Shown here one piece after another: positions 26,131 through 36,331 of a DNA stretch of 64,000 bases (position 1 is its first letter; each line of letters opens with the position of its first letter). The stretch is from an uncultured Eubacteriales bacterium (GTDB taxonomy: Bacteria; Bacillota; Clostridia; Oscillospirales; CAG-272), in assembly GCA_934481515.1 (NCBI GenBank), contig CAKSPO010000006.1, positions 134 through 64,133 on the forward strand, given 5' to 3'. A program made the position numbers and the translations under genes. Under the pieces are notes generated by a model. The model did not search any database. It was not told where the DNA came from and saw nothing but the letters and a program-made list of their open reading frames with translations.

Positions 26131-27510
26131 ATGATTGCAAAAACACTTGCCGAAGAGGTACTTGCCATCGCAATGAGCGGCGGCGCCGACTTCGCGGAGC
26201 TGTATGCGGAGCTGACCCGCAACAACACCGTCCAGATGATGGACGGAAAAATCGAACGTGCCACCGACAATCTGATTTCCGGCGTCGGCATCCGCGCCTT
26301 CCGCGGTACCCGCACGGTCTTTGCTTCCACCTCCGACATGACGCCGGACGGTCTGCGCGCCTGTGCACGCAACGTTGCCGCCGCCATGGGTGAGGTCGGC
26401 GCGGGGCGTCCCGCTCCGCTGACGGAACGGATCTTTCCGAACATTCATCCGGTCCGGATTCTGACGACGGACGCGGATGCCCGCCTCCGGGCAGACCTGC
26501 TCCGCTCCGGCTGTCTTGCCGCAAAGGAATACAACGATTCCATTTCTCAGGTCACGGGAACCCTTCTCGGCGTGGATCACACGGTACTGGTTGCCAACAC
26601 CGAGGGACTTTACGCCACCGACCGCCATGTAAGAACGCGGATGGCAATTTCCGCCGTGGCAAGCGCCAATGGGGAAAACCAGTCCGGCTCGGATGCTCCG
26701 GGTGCCGGTATGGGACTCGAATTCTTTGATACCGTAAATCCGAAGGACATCGGCAGAGAGGCGGCACGGCAGGCGCTGGTCAACCTCAGCGCCTCCTACT
26801 GCCCTGCCGGAACCATGACCGTCGCCATTGAAAACGGATTCGGCGGCGTAATTTTCCACGAAGCCTGCGGGCATTCGCTGGAAGCGACCGCGGTCGCCAT
26901 CGGAGCCTCGCAGATGGCTGGGAAGCTCGGTCAGCAGATTGCCAACCCGAAGGTGACCGCCATCGACGACGGAACCATTCCGGGCGCATGGGGATCGGTC
27001 AACATGGACGATGAGGGAACCCCGACCCAGCGGAATGTGCTCATCGAAAACGGCATTCTCAAATCCTACCTGATCGACCGTCTCGGCTCCCGCCGGATGG
27101 GACTTCCCATGACGGGAAGCGCACGCCGTCAGGGCTACGGCTTTGAGGCAACCTCCCGCATGACAAACACCTTCATCGCCAACGGGACCGACCGCAACGA
27201 AGACATCATCGCCTCCATCGAAAACGGTCTCTACTGCCGCAAAATGGGCGGCGGCTCGGTCAACCCTCTGACCGGTGCCTTCAATTTTGCCGTCACCGAG
27301 GGCTACCTTGTCCGGAACGGAAAAATCTGTGAACCGGTGCGCGGCGCATCGCTGATCGGAACCGGCTCCGAAATTCTCAAAAACATCGACATGGTCGGTC
27401 AGAATCTGGCGCGGGCACAGGGCATGTGCGGCTCCGCCAGCGGAAGCGTTCCGACCGATGTCGGTCAGCCGCTCATCCGCGTTTCCACAATCGTTGTAGG
27501 AGGTCGTTAA
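26131..27510 (+). CDS. tldD: TldD metalloprotease
   Basis: The ATG at 26131 follows AAAGGAG. ...GGADFAELY...GVGIRAFRG..., the HEACGH zinc motif and the C-terminal TldD/PmbA fold signature GGGSVNPLTGAFNF. Confidence 0.85.
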   Translation: MIAKTLAEEVLAIAMSGGADFAELYAELTRNNTVQMMDGKIERATDNLISGVGIRAFRGTRTVFASTSDMTPDGLRACARNVAAAMGEVGAGRPAPLTERIFPNIHPVRILTTDADARLRADLLRSGCLAAKEYNDSISQVTGTLLGVDHTVLVANTEGLYATDRHVRTRMAISAVASANGENQSGSDAPGAGMGLEFFDTVNPKDIGREAARQALVNLSASYCPAGTMTVAIENGFGGVIFHEACGHSLEATAVAIGASQMAGKLGQQIANPKVTAIDDGTIPGAWGSVNMDDEGTPTQRNVLIENGILKSYLIDRLGSRRMGLPMTGSARRQGYGFEATSRMTNTFIANGTDRNEDIIASIENGLYCRKMGGGSVNPLTGAFNFAVTEGYLVRNGKICEPVRGASLIGTGSEILKNIDMVGQNLARAQGMCGSASGSVPTDVGQPLIRVSTIVVGGR

Positions 27511-27511
27511 G

Positions 27512-28855
27512 ATGCAGTTTGAAGAAATGAAGAAAGCTCTTTCCGACGCCGCCGCTCGTGCGGGCGTGTCGCAGTATGAAATCTATTACCAAAAAGAAGA
27601 GGGTATCAGCGCCGAAACCCTGAAAGAAGAAATCAGTGCGTTTTCCTCCTCCGTCTGCGGCGGAATCTGCTTCCGTTGCATCGTGGACGGAAAAATGGGA
27701 TATGCCTCCGGGGAACGCATGACCGCCGAAGACGCGGAGGAGATGGTTCGCCGCGCGGTCTCCAATGCGCACTGTATCGACAGCGAGGACGAGGTTTTCA
27801 TCTTTGAAGGCTCCCCCTCCTATCAGAAGCTTCCGGAGCGGACGATCGCGCTTGCCGATCCGACAGAGCTTCGGGACATTGCTCTCCGTCTGCAAAAAGA
27901 AACCTATGCAGCCGATCCGCGTGTCTCCGACGGTACACAGAGCACCGTCGGTTCCGTGACCGGAGAGGTGCACATCTGCAACTCCAACGGCCTCTCCCTT
28001 TCCAACCGCACCGGGTGCACCTATGCCTATGCGATGCCGGTCGTCCGGGACGGAGAGGAAGCACAGCAGGACTATTGCGGCGGGGAAGGAACCTCTTACA
28101 ATGATTTTGCCGATCTGCCCGCGAGGGCGGTTGCCGGAGCCGTTGCAAAGCTTCATGCCGCACCGGCAGTCTCCGGAAAATATGACATCGTGATGGACGG
28201 CAGACAGTTCCGGAATTTCCTTTCCACCTTCTCCTCCGTCTTTTCCGCAAAGAATGTCCGGATGGGTCTTTCCCTGCTGGCGGGAAAGGAGGGAACGCAG
28301 ATCGCCTCTCCCCTTGTGACCGTCACCGACGACCCGATGCGGGAAGGGAGCCTCTTGCAGACCCCGTTTGACGGAGAAGGCGTCGCAACCTCCCGCCGCA
28401 ACGTAATCGAAAACGGCGTTCTCAAAACCTTCCTCTACGATCTTTCCACCGCAAAGAAGGCGGGCGTTGCCTCTACCGGAAACGGTCAGAAAAGCAGCTA
28501 CGCCGCTCCGGTCACCATCGCTCCCTATCACTTCTCCCTGCAGCCGGGCAAAAAGACCCGTGAGGAGCTGTTTGAAGCGGTCGGAACCGGAATTTATATC
28601 ACCGAATGCAAAGGCTTCCATGCCGGAGCCAACGCCGTCACGGGTGACTTCTCCATCGAAAGCGCCGGGTTCATGATCCGGGACGGAAAGCTTGCGGAAG
28701 CAGTCCGCTCGTTCACGGTCGCAGGCAATTTCTTTGACCTGCTCCGGCAGATTGACGGCATCGGAAACGAGGTGCGCTGGAGCATCGCGGGTTCCTTCCC
28801 GGTGTTCGGCTCTCCCGATGTCCTGATCCGCGGCGCTTCCGTTGCGGGAAAATAA
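27512..28855 (+). CDS. pmbA: PmbA/TldE family protein
   Basis: Adjacent to tldD with a 1-nt gap. GICFRCIVDGKMGYAS, GANAVTGDFSIESAGFMIRDGK. Confidence 0.85.
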   Translation: MQFEEMKKALSDAAARAGVSQYEIYYQKEEGISAETLKEEISAFSSSVCGGICFRCIVDGKMGYASGERMTAEDAEEMVRRAVSNAHCIDSEDEVFIFEGSPSYQKLPERTIALADPTELRDIALRLQKETYAADPRVSDGTQSTVGSVTGEVHICNSNGLSLSNRTGCTYAYAMPVVRDGEEAQQDYCGGEGTSYNDFADLPARAVAGAVAKLHAAPAVSGKYDIVMDGRQFRNFLSTFSSVFSAKNVRMGLSLLAGKEGTQIASPLVTVTDDPMREGSLLQTPFDGEGVATSRRNVIENGVLKTFLYDLSTAKKAGVASTGNGQKSSYAAPVTIAPYHFSLQPGKKTREELFEAVGTGIYITECKGFHAGANAVTGDFSIESAGFMIRDGKLAEAVRSFTVAGNFFDLLRQIDGIGNEVRWSIAGSFPVFGSPDVLIRGASVAGK

Positions 28856-28874
28856 AATTCCGTCTTCCGAATCG

Positions 28875-28915
28875 CGCAGCAGAATCCGATTCCAAAAATT
28901 CTGCTGCGTCCTTTT
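28875..28915 (+). terminator. Intrinsic terminator after pmbA
   Basis: cgcagcagaat...attctgctgcg 11-bp stem followed by TCCTTTTAT. Confidence 0.6.
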
Positions 28916-28947
28916 ATCCAACCGTATTCCACCGGAAAGGAGCGTTT

Positions 28948-29607
28948 ATGTCCGCTTCCCTGCCCTATACCCATCTGCTTTGGGATTTCAACGGAACCAT
29001 TCTGGATGATGTTTCTGCCTGCATGCAGGCGGCAAACCTGCTTCTGCAATCGCACGGATTGTCCCCAATTGAAACACCGGAGCGTTACCGTGACCTGTTC
29101 GGCTTTCCGGTGGAGGACTACTACCGCCGTCTCGGTTTTGATTTTGAAAAGACTCCTTATGCCGACCTTGCGTCGGAATGGATGCCGGAATACCTGAAAA
29201 ATGCAGAGCACTGTTCCGCTTATCCGGATATCCCCTTCTGCCTTTCCGCGCTGCAGAAGCGCGGGATTCATCAATGGATCCTTTCCGCCACGGAGCAGAG
29301 CATCCTCCGACGGCAGGTATCCGCGCTCGGTCTCCTCTCCTTTTTTGACGGATTGTTGGGACTTGGGGACATTCATGCAAAGAGCAAAACCGAACTCGGT
29401 ATCCGCTGGCGGCAGGCACATCCAAAGGGGCGCGTGCTGATGCTGGGAGATACCGACCACGACGCGGAGACCGCGCATGCCATCGGAGCCGACTGCGTTC
29501 TCCTTTCCTGCGGTCATCAGGCACGCGCCTTTCTGGAACCCTGCCCCTGTCTCTTCGTCGCCGATTCCGTGACCGAAGCGCTCCGGGGCGTCGGCTTGAT
29601 CCCCTGA
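28948..29607 (+). CDS. HAD-family hydrolase (phosphoglycolate phosphatase-like)
   Basis: LLWDFNGTILDD motif I, ILSAT, KSK..., MLGDTDHD motif IV. Confidence 0.8.
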   Translation: MSASLPYTHLLWDFNGTILDDVSACMQAANLLLQSHGLSPIETPERYRDLFGFPVEDYYRRLGFDFEKTPYADLASEWMPEYLKNAEHCSAYPDIPFCLSALQKRGIHQWILSATEQSILRRQVSALGLLSFFDGLLGLGDIHAKSKTELGIRWRQAHPKGRVLMLGDTDHDAETAHAIGADCVLLSCGHQARAFLEPCPCLFVADSVTEALRGVGLIP

Positions 29608-29741
29608 TTGCACAGCCGTTTTTTCTGAACAGCGGCACTTTCTTCTCAGCCGCCGGGTGCACCGGGGAATACCAGAACCGTCAGTTTCGCCTTTGATTCC
29701 GTCCGTCGGCTTTCAGAATGGATACATTTTCAATAAAACTA

Positions 29742-29770
29742 TTTACATCCGGAAAAAGATGTGGTATAAT
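29742..29770 (+). promoter_or_regulatory. Extended -10 promoter upstream of the GT2 gene
   Basis: TTTACA, 17 nt, TGgTATAAT. This implies a 5' UTR of roughly 245 nt. Confidence 0.55.
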
Positions 29771-30021
29771 ACGCACAAGAAGGCTTTTCTCTTTGCAGGG
29801 AAACACCTCTTTGCCGCTGACCGTGCACCACAGGCTTTCGAGCCGCCGCAAAGCAAAAAACTTTGGTGAAAAAGCTTTCCTCCCGAAAAAAGTCTCCGCA
29901 CACCCGTTTTCCCCCGTACCGGCACGGCAAAGAACCATTGCAGCCGATTCGGGATAAAACTTCCGCTCCCCCCCTTCCGTCTCTCCGGGACGGGTACTCC
30001 TATGAAAAAACCGAGGTTTTT

Positions 30022-31380
30022 ATGAACTATCTGGACACTGTGAAAATACTGATTACCGTAATGTACGGAATCATGACACTTCTGACCATTCATTTTCTGT
30101 TCTTCGCGGTCGTCGGTGTTTTCAAAAAGAAAAAATTCCCGCACACCGATCAGAAGCTGAAATACGGAATCATCATTCCTGCGCGGAACGAGGAAGCCGT
30201 CGTCCGCGGACTCATCGAAAGCGTGCAGAAAAACGAATATCCGCAGGACAAGCTCCATATTTTTGTCATCGCGCACAACTGTACCGACCGCACCGCCGAG
30301 ATCGCGCGGGAAGCGGGTGCAACGGTCTATGAATACAACAATCCGAACGAGTGCACCATGGGATATGCCTTCCGCTATCTGTTCGACCGTATCCGCGAGG
30401 ACTACGGCGTGGAAAATTACGACGGCTTTTTTCTCTTCAATGCGGACAACATTCTGGACAAGCACTATTTTGACAAGATGAATGATGCCTTCGTCGCCTG
30501 CGACCGCAAGAGCGTCATTACCTCGTTCCGCAACTCCAAAAACTTCGGCTCCAATGTCATGTCTGCGCTCTACGGGCTGTATTTTGCCTACGGATGCCGC
30601 TATGAAAGCCGCGGCAGAACGGTTCTCGGCTGTTCCACACGCGTACAGGGAACCGGATATGTCATCAATTCCGACATCGTAAAGGGCGGTTGGAAATATG
30701 TGACGCTCACGGAGGACTGGGAATTCACCGCAGACCAGCTCCTGCAGGGAACCAAGATTGTTTTCTGCGATGACGCGGTATTCTATGACGAACAGCCCAC
30801 CGGATTCAAGGTCATGTGGCGCCAGCGTGTCAGATGGGCGAAGGGACACCTTCTGGTCTGCATTTCCCGGCTGAAGGATCTGCTCCGGGCGCTCTTCACT
30901 CCGGCTTCCAAAGGAGGAAGCCGCCAGAAATTTTCCATCTATGACATTTCCGTCAACATCCTTCCCGTCTGCATCATCAGTGCCGGCATCTTCCTGATTC
31001 AGATCATCCTGCACGCACTTGCGTTTTTCATCGTCTACCATTGCGACCTGCCGCAGCTCTGGATTGACTTTCAGAATTGGCTGAGCTGGGATCTGGGCGT
31101 CCTCCTCTTCTCCTGTGTTCCGATGGTCTTTGCCACGGCATTGATTTATATTCTGGAGCGGAAAAGATTCCCGAAGGTCAGCCTGCCGATCAAAATCCTT
31201 TCCTGCCTGCTCTGGCCGGCGTTCCTGTTCCTTTCCGTCCCGATGGAGGTGGTCGCGCTCTTCTCCAGGAACCTCGGATGGAAGCCCATTCCCCACTCCG
31301 ACACCACCGATTTCGACACACTGAACGCGGCGCACGCGCAAGCCGAGCAAAGCGCGGAGAATCCGTCGGAAAATCTTTGA
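30022..31380 (+). CDS. Family 2 glycosyltransferase, membrane-integrated (processive type)
   Basis: N-terminal TM. IIIPARNEE, FNADN, TEDWEF and the QRVRWAKG (QxxRW-like) motif. C-terminal TM helices. Confidence 0.85.
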   Translation: MNYLDTVKILITVMYGIMTLLTIHFLFFAVVGVFKKKKFPHTDQKLKYGIIIPARNEEAVVRGLIESVQKNEYPQDKLHIFVIAHNCTDRTAEIAREAGATVYEYNNPNECTMGYAFRYLFDRIREDYGVENYDGFFLFNADNILDKHYFDKMNDAFVACDRKSVITSFRNSKNFGSNVMSALYGLYFAYGCRYESRGRTVLGCSTRVQGTGYVINSDIVKGGWKYVTLTEDWEFTADQLLQGTKIVFCDDAVFYDEQPTGFKVMWRQRVRWAKGHLLVCISRLKDLLRALFTPASKGGSRQKFSIYDISVNILPVCIISAGIFLIQIILHALAFFIVYHCDLPQLWIDFQNWLSWDLGVLLFSCVPMVFATALIYILERKRFPKVSLPIKILSCLLWPAFLFLSVPMEVVALFSRNLGWKPIPHSDTTDFDTLNAAHAQAEQSAENPSENL

Positions 31381-31527
31381 ATTGACCTCTGCTTCTTTTC
31401 CTTTCTTCGGAAAAAATCCCGGAGAGATGTGAAACAGACCCGGGTTCCGGGCAAAAACAAAAGATGGATTTGCCTGCAAACAAACCCGGCAGAATGCATG
31501 CTTTTTTGGAAGGAAACCAAAAATTCG

Positions 31528-32349
31528 ATGAGAAAGCTGATACTTGGTTGCGGAAAAGCTCCGGAAACCCTGAAAAATGTCCGCCGTACGGGGTGGGACG
31601 GTGTTTTTTTCGGCTATGAAAACGCAGAAATATTGCAAAACGCCGCAGCTGCCGCAACGCGGGAAAACCTGATTGTTCACTCTGTCCACGCGCCATTCAC
31701 GGGTATTTGGAGGCTGTGGGAGGACGAACGGGAGGGTGGCGCGGAGGAGTTGCAGACACAGATCGCCTGTATCCGTGCCGCGGCAGGCATCGGTGTGGAT
31801 TTGGTCATCCTGCACGCGATCATCGGTATGGAGCGCTCGACACCGACCCTGCTTGGTGTCGAGCGCTTCGGAGAAATCCTCCGTGCGGCAAAAAAAGAGG
31901 GTGTTCGTCTTGCGCTGGAAAACACCGAGGGGGAGCCGTATCTTGCCGCTTTGATGCAGGCATACGGCGATGACCCCGCAGTCGGCTTCTGCATCGATAC
32001 AGGGCATGAACTGTGCTACAATCATGCACAGGATATGATCGGAAAATACGGGAAGAAAAAAGTGTTCGAAACCCACCTCAATGACAACATGGGCATGACC
32101 GGCGAAAAGCCGACATGGCTGGATGACGCGCATATGCTCCCGTTTGATGGTATCGCAGATTGGGACGGCATTGCGGCACGGCTGAAGAAAGCGGATTTTT
32201 GCGGCGACCTGGTCTTTGAACTGAATCAGGGAAACCGTCCCGAACGACACACAAATGACCGCTACATTTCTCTTTCGCAACCGGAATATTTCAGGCTCGC
32301 ACATGAACGCGCAATCCGTTTTGCGGAGTTGATGAGCAAAGCCGACTGA
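31528..32349 (+). CDS. Sugar phosphate isomerase/epimerase-type TIM barrel protein
   Basis: VHAPF..., LVILH, LALENTEG, IDTGHE and HLNDN motifs of the AP-endonuclease-2 / xylose isomerase-like fold. Confidence 0.75.
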   Translation: MRKLILGCGKAPETLKNVRRTGWDGVFFGYENAEILQNAAAAATRENLIVHSVHAPFTGIWRLWEDEREGGAEELQTQIACIRAAAGIGVDLVILHAIIGMERSTPTLLGVERFGEILRAAKKEGVRLALENTEGEPYLAALMQAYGDDPAVGFCIDTGHELCYNHAQDMIGKYGKKKVFETHLNDNMGMTGEKPTWLDDAHMLPFDGIADWDGIAARLKKADFCGDLVFELNQGNRPERHTNDRYISLSQPEYFRLAHERAIRFAELMSKAD

Positions 32350-32438
32350 AAAAAACACGATACGCTTTTTCGATGACAGGTTCAACCGCAACATTTTCTA
32401 TGGTGTCCGGTGTGATCCTCCGATAAAGCAGATGAAAA

Positions 32439-32476
32439 CGGCGGCGGATCCTTCTGCGCAAGGATTCCGCCGCCGC
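32439..32476. terminator. Bidirectional terminator between convergent genes
   Basis: ggcggcggatcctt...aaggattccgccgcc stem flanked by an A-run on the left and GCTTTCGTTTTT on the right. Confidence 0.7.
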
Positions 32477-32484
32477 TTTCGTTT

Positions 32485-33438
32485 TTATTTCGTTACTTCC
32501 TTCTTCAGACGGATTGCCTCGCGTGCACTCTCGGCAATATGTGCCGGGGTCAGCCCGTAGGCTTCCAGTAGCGCGGGAACGGTTCCGGAGTGACCGTAGG
32601 TATCGTTCATTCCGACGCGGAGAACGGGAACCGGCTGCATTTCGCACACGACACCGGCGACGGCTTCGCCGAGACCGCCGATGATGTTGTGCTCCTCCGC
32701 CGTCACGATTGCACCGGTCTGTGCCGCAGCACAGGCAATGATCTCACGGTCAATCGGCTTGATGGTGTGAATATTGATGACCCTTGCACGGATTCCTTCC
32801 GTGGCAAGCAGTTCCCTTGCCTCCAGCGCCATGGAAACCATCAGACCGGTGGCAACGATGGTCACATCGTCTCCGTCCGCCAGCTGTACGCCCTTGCCAA
32901 GCTCAAACCGGTAATCCGGGCGGTCGTTGATGACCGGAACGGCAAATCTGCCGAAGCGGAGATAAAACGGACCGTTGACCCGCAATGCCGCTTCCACTGC
33001 CGCACGTGCTTCCACTGCATCGCTCGGATTGACAATCGTCATGCCGGGGATTGTCCGCATGAGCGCAATGTCCTCGTTGCACTGGTGGGTTGCACCGTCT
33101 TCGCCGACGGTGATTCCCGCGTGCGTCGCACCGATCTTGACATTGAGATGAGGATACCCGATGGAATTCCGTACCTGCTCAAAGGCTCTTCCTGCCGCAA
33201 ACATCGCAAAACTGGAAGCAAACACCGTCTTTCCGGTCGTTGCGATTCCGGCGGCAACGCTCATCATGTTTCCCTCGGCAATTCCGCAGTCAAAGAACCG
33301 CTCCGGGTGTGCTTTTTTGAATTTTACGGTCTTGGTTGCTTCCGCAAGATCCGCATCCATCACAACAAAATCATATTGATCCGCAAGCTCGACCAATGCC
33401 GCGCCGTAGGCTTCTCTGGTTGCCATTTTTTCTGCCAT
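32485..33438 (-). CDS. Transketolase, C-terminal (pyrimidine-binding) subunit
   Basis: ATREAYGAALVELA...FFDCGIAEGNMMSVAAG...GEDGATHQ. Confidence 0.9.
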   Translation of the reverse strand: MAEKMATREAYGAALVELADQYDFVVMDADLAEATKTVKFKKAHPERFFDCGIAEGNMMSVAAGIATTGKTVFASSFAMFAAGRAFEQVRNSIGYPHLNVKIGATHAGITVGEDGATHQCNEDIALMRTIPGMTIVNPSDAVEARAAVEAALRVNGPFYLRFGRFAVPVINDRPDYRFELGKGVQLADGDDVTIVATGLMVSMALEARELLATEGIRARVINIHTIKPIDREIIACAAAQTGAIVTAEEHNIIGGLGEAVAGVVCEMQPVPVLRVGMNDTYGHSGTVPALLEAYGLTPAHIAESAREAIRLKKEVTK

Positions 33439-33451
33439 GATTCTCTCCTCC

Positions 33452-34273
33452 TCAAGCCTTCAGCTCTTGCATCGCCTGCGCGTACTGCTCGTCATTGGGC
33501 GCCGCACCGTGCCAGTTGACCTTGTTCTCCATAAAGGAAACACCCTTGCCCTTGACCGTCTTTGCCACAATGGCAGTCGGCTGTCCCTTGACCGTCTTTG
33601 CTTCTGCAAAAGCGGCGGCAAGCTGATCGAAATCATGACCGTCCACGGAAATAACGTGGAATCCGAACGCCTCCAGCTTTTTGTCGTGCGGAGCGGAGTT
33701 CATAACCTCAGCAATCGGACCGTCAATCTGCAGACCGTTCCAGTCCACAATCAGGCAGAGGTTGTCCAGCTTGTAGTGCGCTGCAAACATACAGGCTTCC
33801 CAGACCTGCCCTTCCTCGCTTTCGCCGTCTCCGATTACGGTGTACACCCGGTAACTCTTCCCGTCCGTTTTTCCTGCCAGCGCCATTCCGGCGGCAGAAC
33901 TGATTCCAAGCCCCAGGGAACCCGCCGACATGTCCACACCGGGTGTCAGCGTCATATCCGGATGCCCCTGCAGCCGGGAGCCGAACTTGCGGAGCGTGGT
34001 CAGCTCCTCCACCGGGAAATACCCGCGGTTGGCAAGCGCGGCATAAAGTGCCGGTGCGCAATGCCCTTTGGAAAGTACAAAACGATCCCGGTCTGCCCAC
34101 TGCGGACGGGCAGGGTCGATGTTCATTTCCTCAAAATACAGATAAGCAAGAATATCCGCAATGGAAAGCGAGCCGCCGGGGTGCCCGGACTTTGCCGCAT
34201 GCGTCCCCTCAATCACGCCGACCCGGATCTTTCTTGCCGCTTCGCGAAGAGCCTCCAGCTTTGTTTGTTCCAT
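33452..34273 (-). CDS. Transketolase, N-terminal (TPP-binding) subunit
   Basis: Start at MEQTKLE follows GGAGG. SGHPGGSLSIADIL, VLSKGH, GDGESEEGQVWEA. Confidence 0.9.
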   Translation of the reverse strand: MEQTKLEALREAARKIRVGVIEGTHAAKSGHPGGSLSIADILAYLYFEEMNIDPARPQWADRDRFVLSKGHCAPALYAALANRGYFPVEELTTLRKFGSRLQGHPDMTLTPGVDMSAGSLGLGISSAAGMALAGKTDGKSYRVYTVIGDGESEEGQVWEACMFAAHYKLDNLCLIVDWNGLQIDGPIAEVMNSAPHDKKLEAFGFHVISVDGHDFDQLAAAFAEAKTVKGQPTAIVAKTVKGKGVSFMENKVNWHGAAPNDEQYAQAMQELKA

Positions 34274-34473
34274 GTTAAACCTCCGATTGCTTGGTGTGCA
34301 TCGCAAAAGCCGGGCACACCGTTCCGGCATATGGCGCTTTGCCGCCGTCCTTCCGTTTTATTATAGCGCAAAAACAAAAGCTTGTCAAGGGACGGAAGCG
34401 ACAAAGAACCGCTTTTTCCGGTCTCTGAATCCGGCGGTTTTTCGACCTTTCCCCCGGAAAAGTGCAAAAAAGC

Positions 34474-34502
34474 TTGACAAAGCCCTGAGGAACCGTTATA
34501 AT
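34474..34502 (+). promoter_or_regulatory. Consensus sigma-70 promoter for rnpB
   Basis: TTGACA (34474-34479), 17 nt, TATAAT (34497-34502). The predicted start coincides with the P1 5' end. Confidence 0.75.
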
Positions 34503-34509
34503 AAAATCC

Positions 34510-34866
34510 GTAGCTCCGCCGGACGGTCGCGCGGTATGTTGCCGCAAGGTATTACCGTGAGGAAAGTCCGGGCTTCACAGGACAGGATAGCTGATAACAT
34601 CAGCCACGGGTAACCGTCGGGAAAGTGCAACAGAAATAAACCGCCGCATGTTCGCGGTAAGGATGGAAAGGCGAGGTAAGAGCTCACCCGTTCCCATGGC
34701 AACATGGGTCCGCTGTAAACCCTATCCGAAGCAACACCCCAAGGGGCGCCGGTCCGGCACAGTCCCCGGGGTGGCACAGGAGATTTTTCTCCTGAAGCGT
34801 TCCGGCGACGGAGCGCGCAGATTGATGACCGTTCAAGACAGAACCCGGCTTACAGACGGAGCTACC
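34510..34866 (+). ncRNA. rnpB: RNase P RNA, bacterial type A
   Basis: GAGGAAAGTCCGGGC and ACAGAACCCGGCTTA (P4 halves), GTGCAACAGAAA, GGTAAGAGCTCACC, GTAAACCC, AGATTGATGAC. The P1 helix pairs gtagctccg with cggagctac. Confidence 0.92.
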
Positions 34867-34882
34867 CAACCTACGCAAAAAG

Positions 34883-34916
34883 CAGTCCTGCGGAGAAACC
34901 GTACGGACTGTTTTTT
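34883..34916 (+). terminator. Intrinsic terminator of rnpB
   Basis: cagtcc...ggactg stem followed by TTTTTT. Confidence 0.75.
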
Positions 34917-34956
34917 GATTGCTTTTTGAAAAAAGCGGCAAAAGAACCGGAACCTA

Positions 34957-34985
34957 TTGAAAACGGCGGCTTTTTATGCTATACT
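34957..34985 (+). promoter_or_regulatory. Extended -10 promoter for the sugar kinase gene
   Basis: TTGAAA, 17 nt, TGcTATACT. Confidence 0.6.
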
Positions 34986-35045
34986 GAATCCGACAGAATC
35001 CGTTTGTTCGAACGGAAAATCCATAAAGGAAGGTGATCTGATTTT

Positions 35046-36326
35046 ATGAATACACCCGAACTGAAATCCGCAGTCCTCGGCGGAGAATTTGACAGTCGAT
35101 TTGCATATATCTACGGCAAGGAAGCGGTAGAAGCGCAGAAAAAGCGCTACGCTGCCGCCATTGATGCCTTTGCCGCACGCTATGGCGAAAACCGGGATGC
35201 CGCTCTTTTTTCCGTTGCGGGACGCAGTGAGCTTTCCGGCAACCATACCGACCATAACCACGGCTGCGTCATCGCCGCCTCCATTGACCTGGATATCATT
35301 GCCGTCGCTGCTCCGTCGGACGGAACGGTGGTTCGCGTGCAGAGCGAAGGCTTTCCGGAAGATACGGTGGATCTTGCCGCCTTCCGTCAGCCGACAGAAA
35401 GTAAATTCGGAACCTCCGCATCCCTGATTGCCGGAATGGCGGCAGGCTTCTCCGAAAAGGGCTGCCGCATCGGCGGGTTTGATGCCTACACCACCTCCAA
35501 CGTTCTCAAGGGCTCCGGAATTTCTTCCTCCGCAGCGTTTGAGGATATGATCGGAAACATTCTGAACCACCTCTATAACGACGGAAAAGTGGACAATGTG
35601 GAGATCGCAAAGCTTTCCCAGTATGCGGAAAACCGCTTTTTCGGGAAGCCATGCGGTCTGATGGATCAGGTTGCCTGCGGTGTCGGAGGAATTGTCGCCA
35701 TCGACTTTGCCGACCCAAAAGACCCGGTCATTGAAAAAATCGACTTTGATTTTTCCGGTGCCGGCTATCGCCTCTGCATCGTCAACACCGGCGGAAACCA
35801 TGCCGACCTGACCGATGACTATGCATCCATCCCCGCGGAAATGAAAGCGGTCGCCGCCGCCTTTGGAAAAGCGGTTCTGCGGGACGTGAAAGAAGAAAAG
35901 GTCGTTGCCGCCATTCCCGCGCTCCGCAAAGAGGTCGGTGACCGTGCGATACTGCGTGCACTCCATTTTTATGCAGAAAACCGCCGGGTTGCCAAGCAGA
36001 AGGCGGCATTGAAAAGCGGAGATACCGACGCATTTTTCCGCGAGGTCATCGCCTCCGGCGAGTCCTCCTTCTGCTATCTGCAAAATGTATACACCGTGAA
36101 AAACACTGCGGAACAGGGTCTTTCCCTTGCACTTTGTCTTGCGGAACGCCTCCTTTCCGGTAAGAAGGCGGCATGGCGGGTGCACGGCGGCGGCTTTGCC
36201 GGAACCGTGCAGGCGTTTGTCCCGGCAGGAGCGGCGGAGGAATTCCGGGCTTCCATGGATGCCGTGTTCGGAGAAGGTTCCTGCATGCTGCTCCGCATCC
36301 GCCCGGTGGGCGCGGTTCGGATCTGA
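35046..36326 (+). CDS. Galactokinase-family GHMP sugar kinase
   Basis: GRSELSGNHTDHNHG (GalK signature variant), KGSGISSSAAF (GHMP motif II), HGGGFAGTVQAF (motif III). Confidence 0.8.
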   Translation: MNTPELKSAVLGGEFDSRFAYIYGKEAVEAQKKRYAAAIDAFAARYGENRDAALFSVAGRSELSGNHTDHNHGCVIAASIDLDIIAVAAPSDGTVVRVQSEGFPEDTVDLAAFRQPTESKFGTSASLIAGMAAGFSEKGCRIGGFDAYTTSNVLKGSGISSSAAFEDMIGNILNHLYNDGKVDNVEIAKLSQYAENRFFGKPCGLMDQVACGVGGIVAIDFADPKDPVIEKIDFDFSGAGYRLCIVNTGGNHADLTDDYASIPAEMKAVAAAFGKAVLRDVKEEKVVAAIPALRKEVGDRAILRALHFYAENRRVAKQKAALKSGDTDAFFREVIASGESSFCYLQNVYTVKNTAEQGLSLALCLAERLLSGKKAAWRVHGGGFAGTVQAFVPAGAAEEFRASMDAVFGEGSCMLLRIRPVGAVRI

Positions 36327-36331
36327 TTGCC

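Noticed and set aside
29771-30021. c-di-GMP-I (GEMM-I) riboswitch in the GT2 leader
   Set aside because: CGCAAAGC-like and GGCAAAG-like strings exist but in the wrong order relative to the GEMM-I consensus, and I could not build the two tetraloop/receptor hairpins. It is kept only as a generic long-leader observation.
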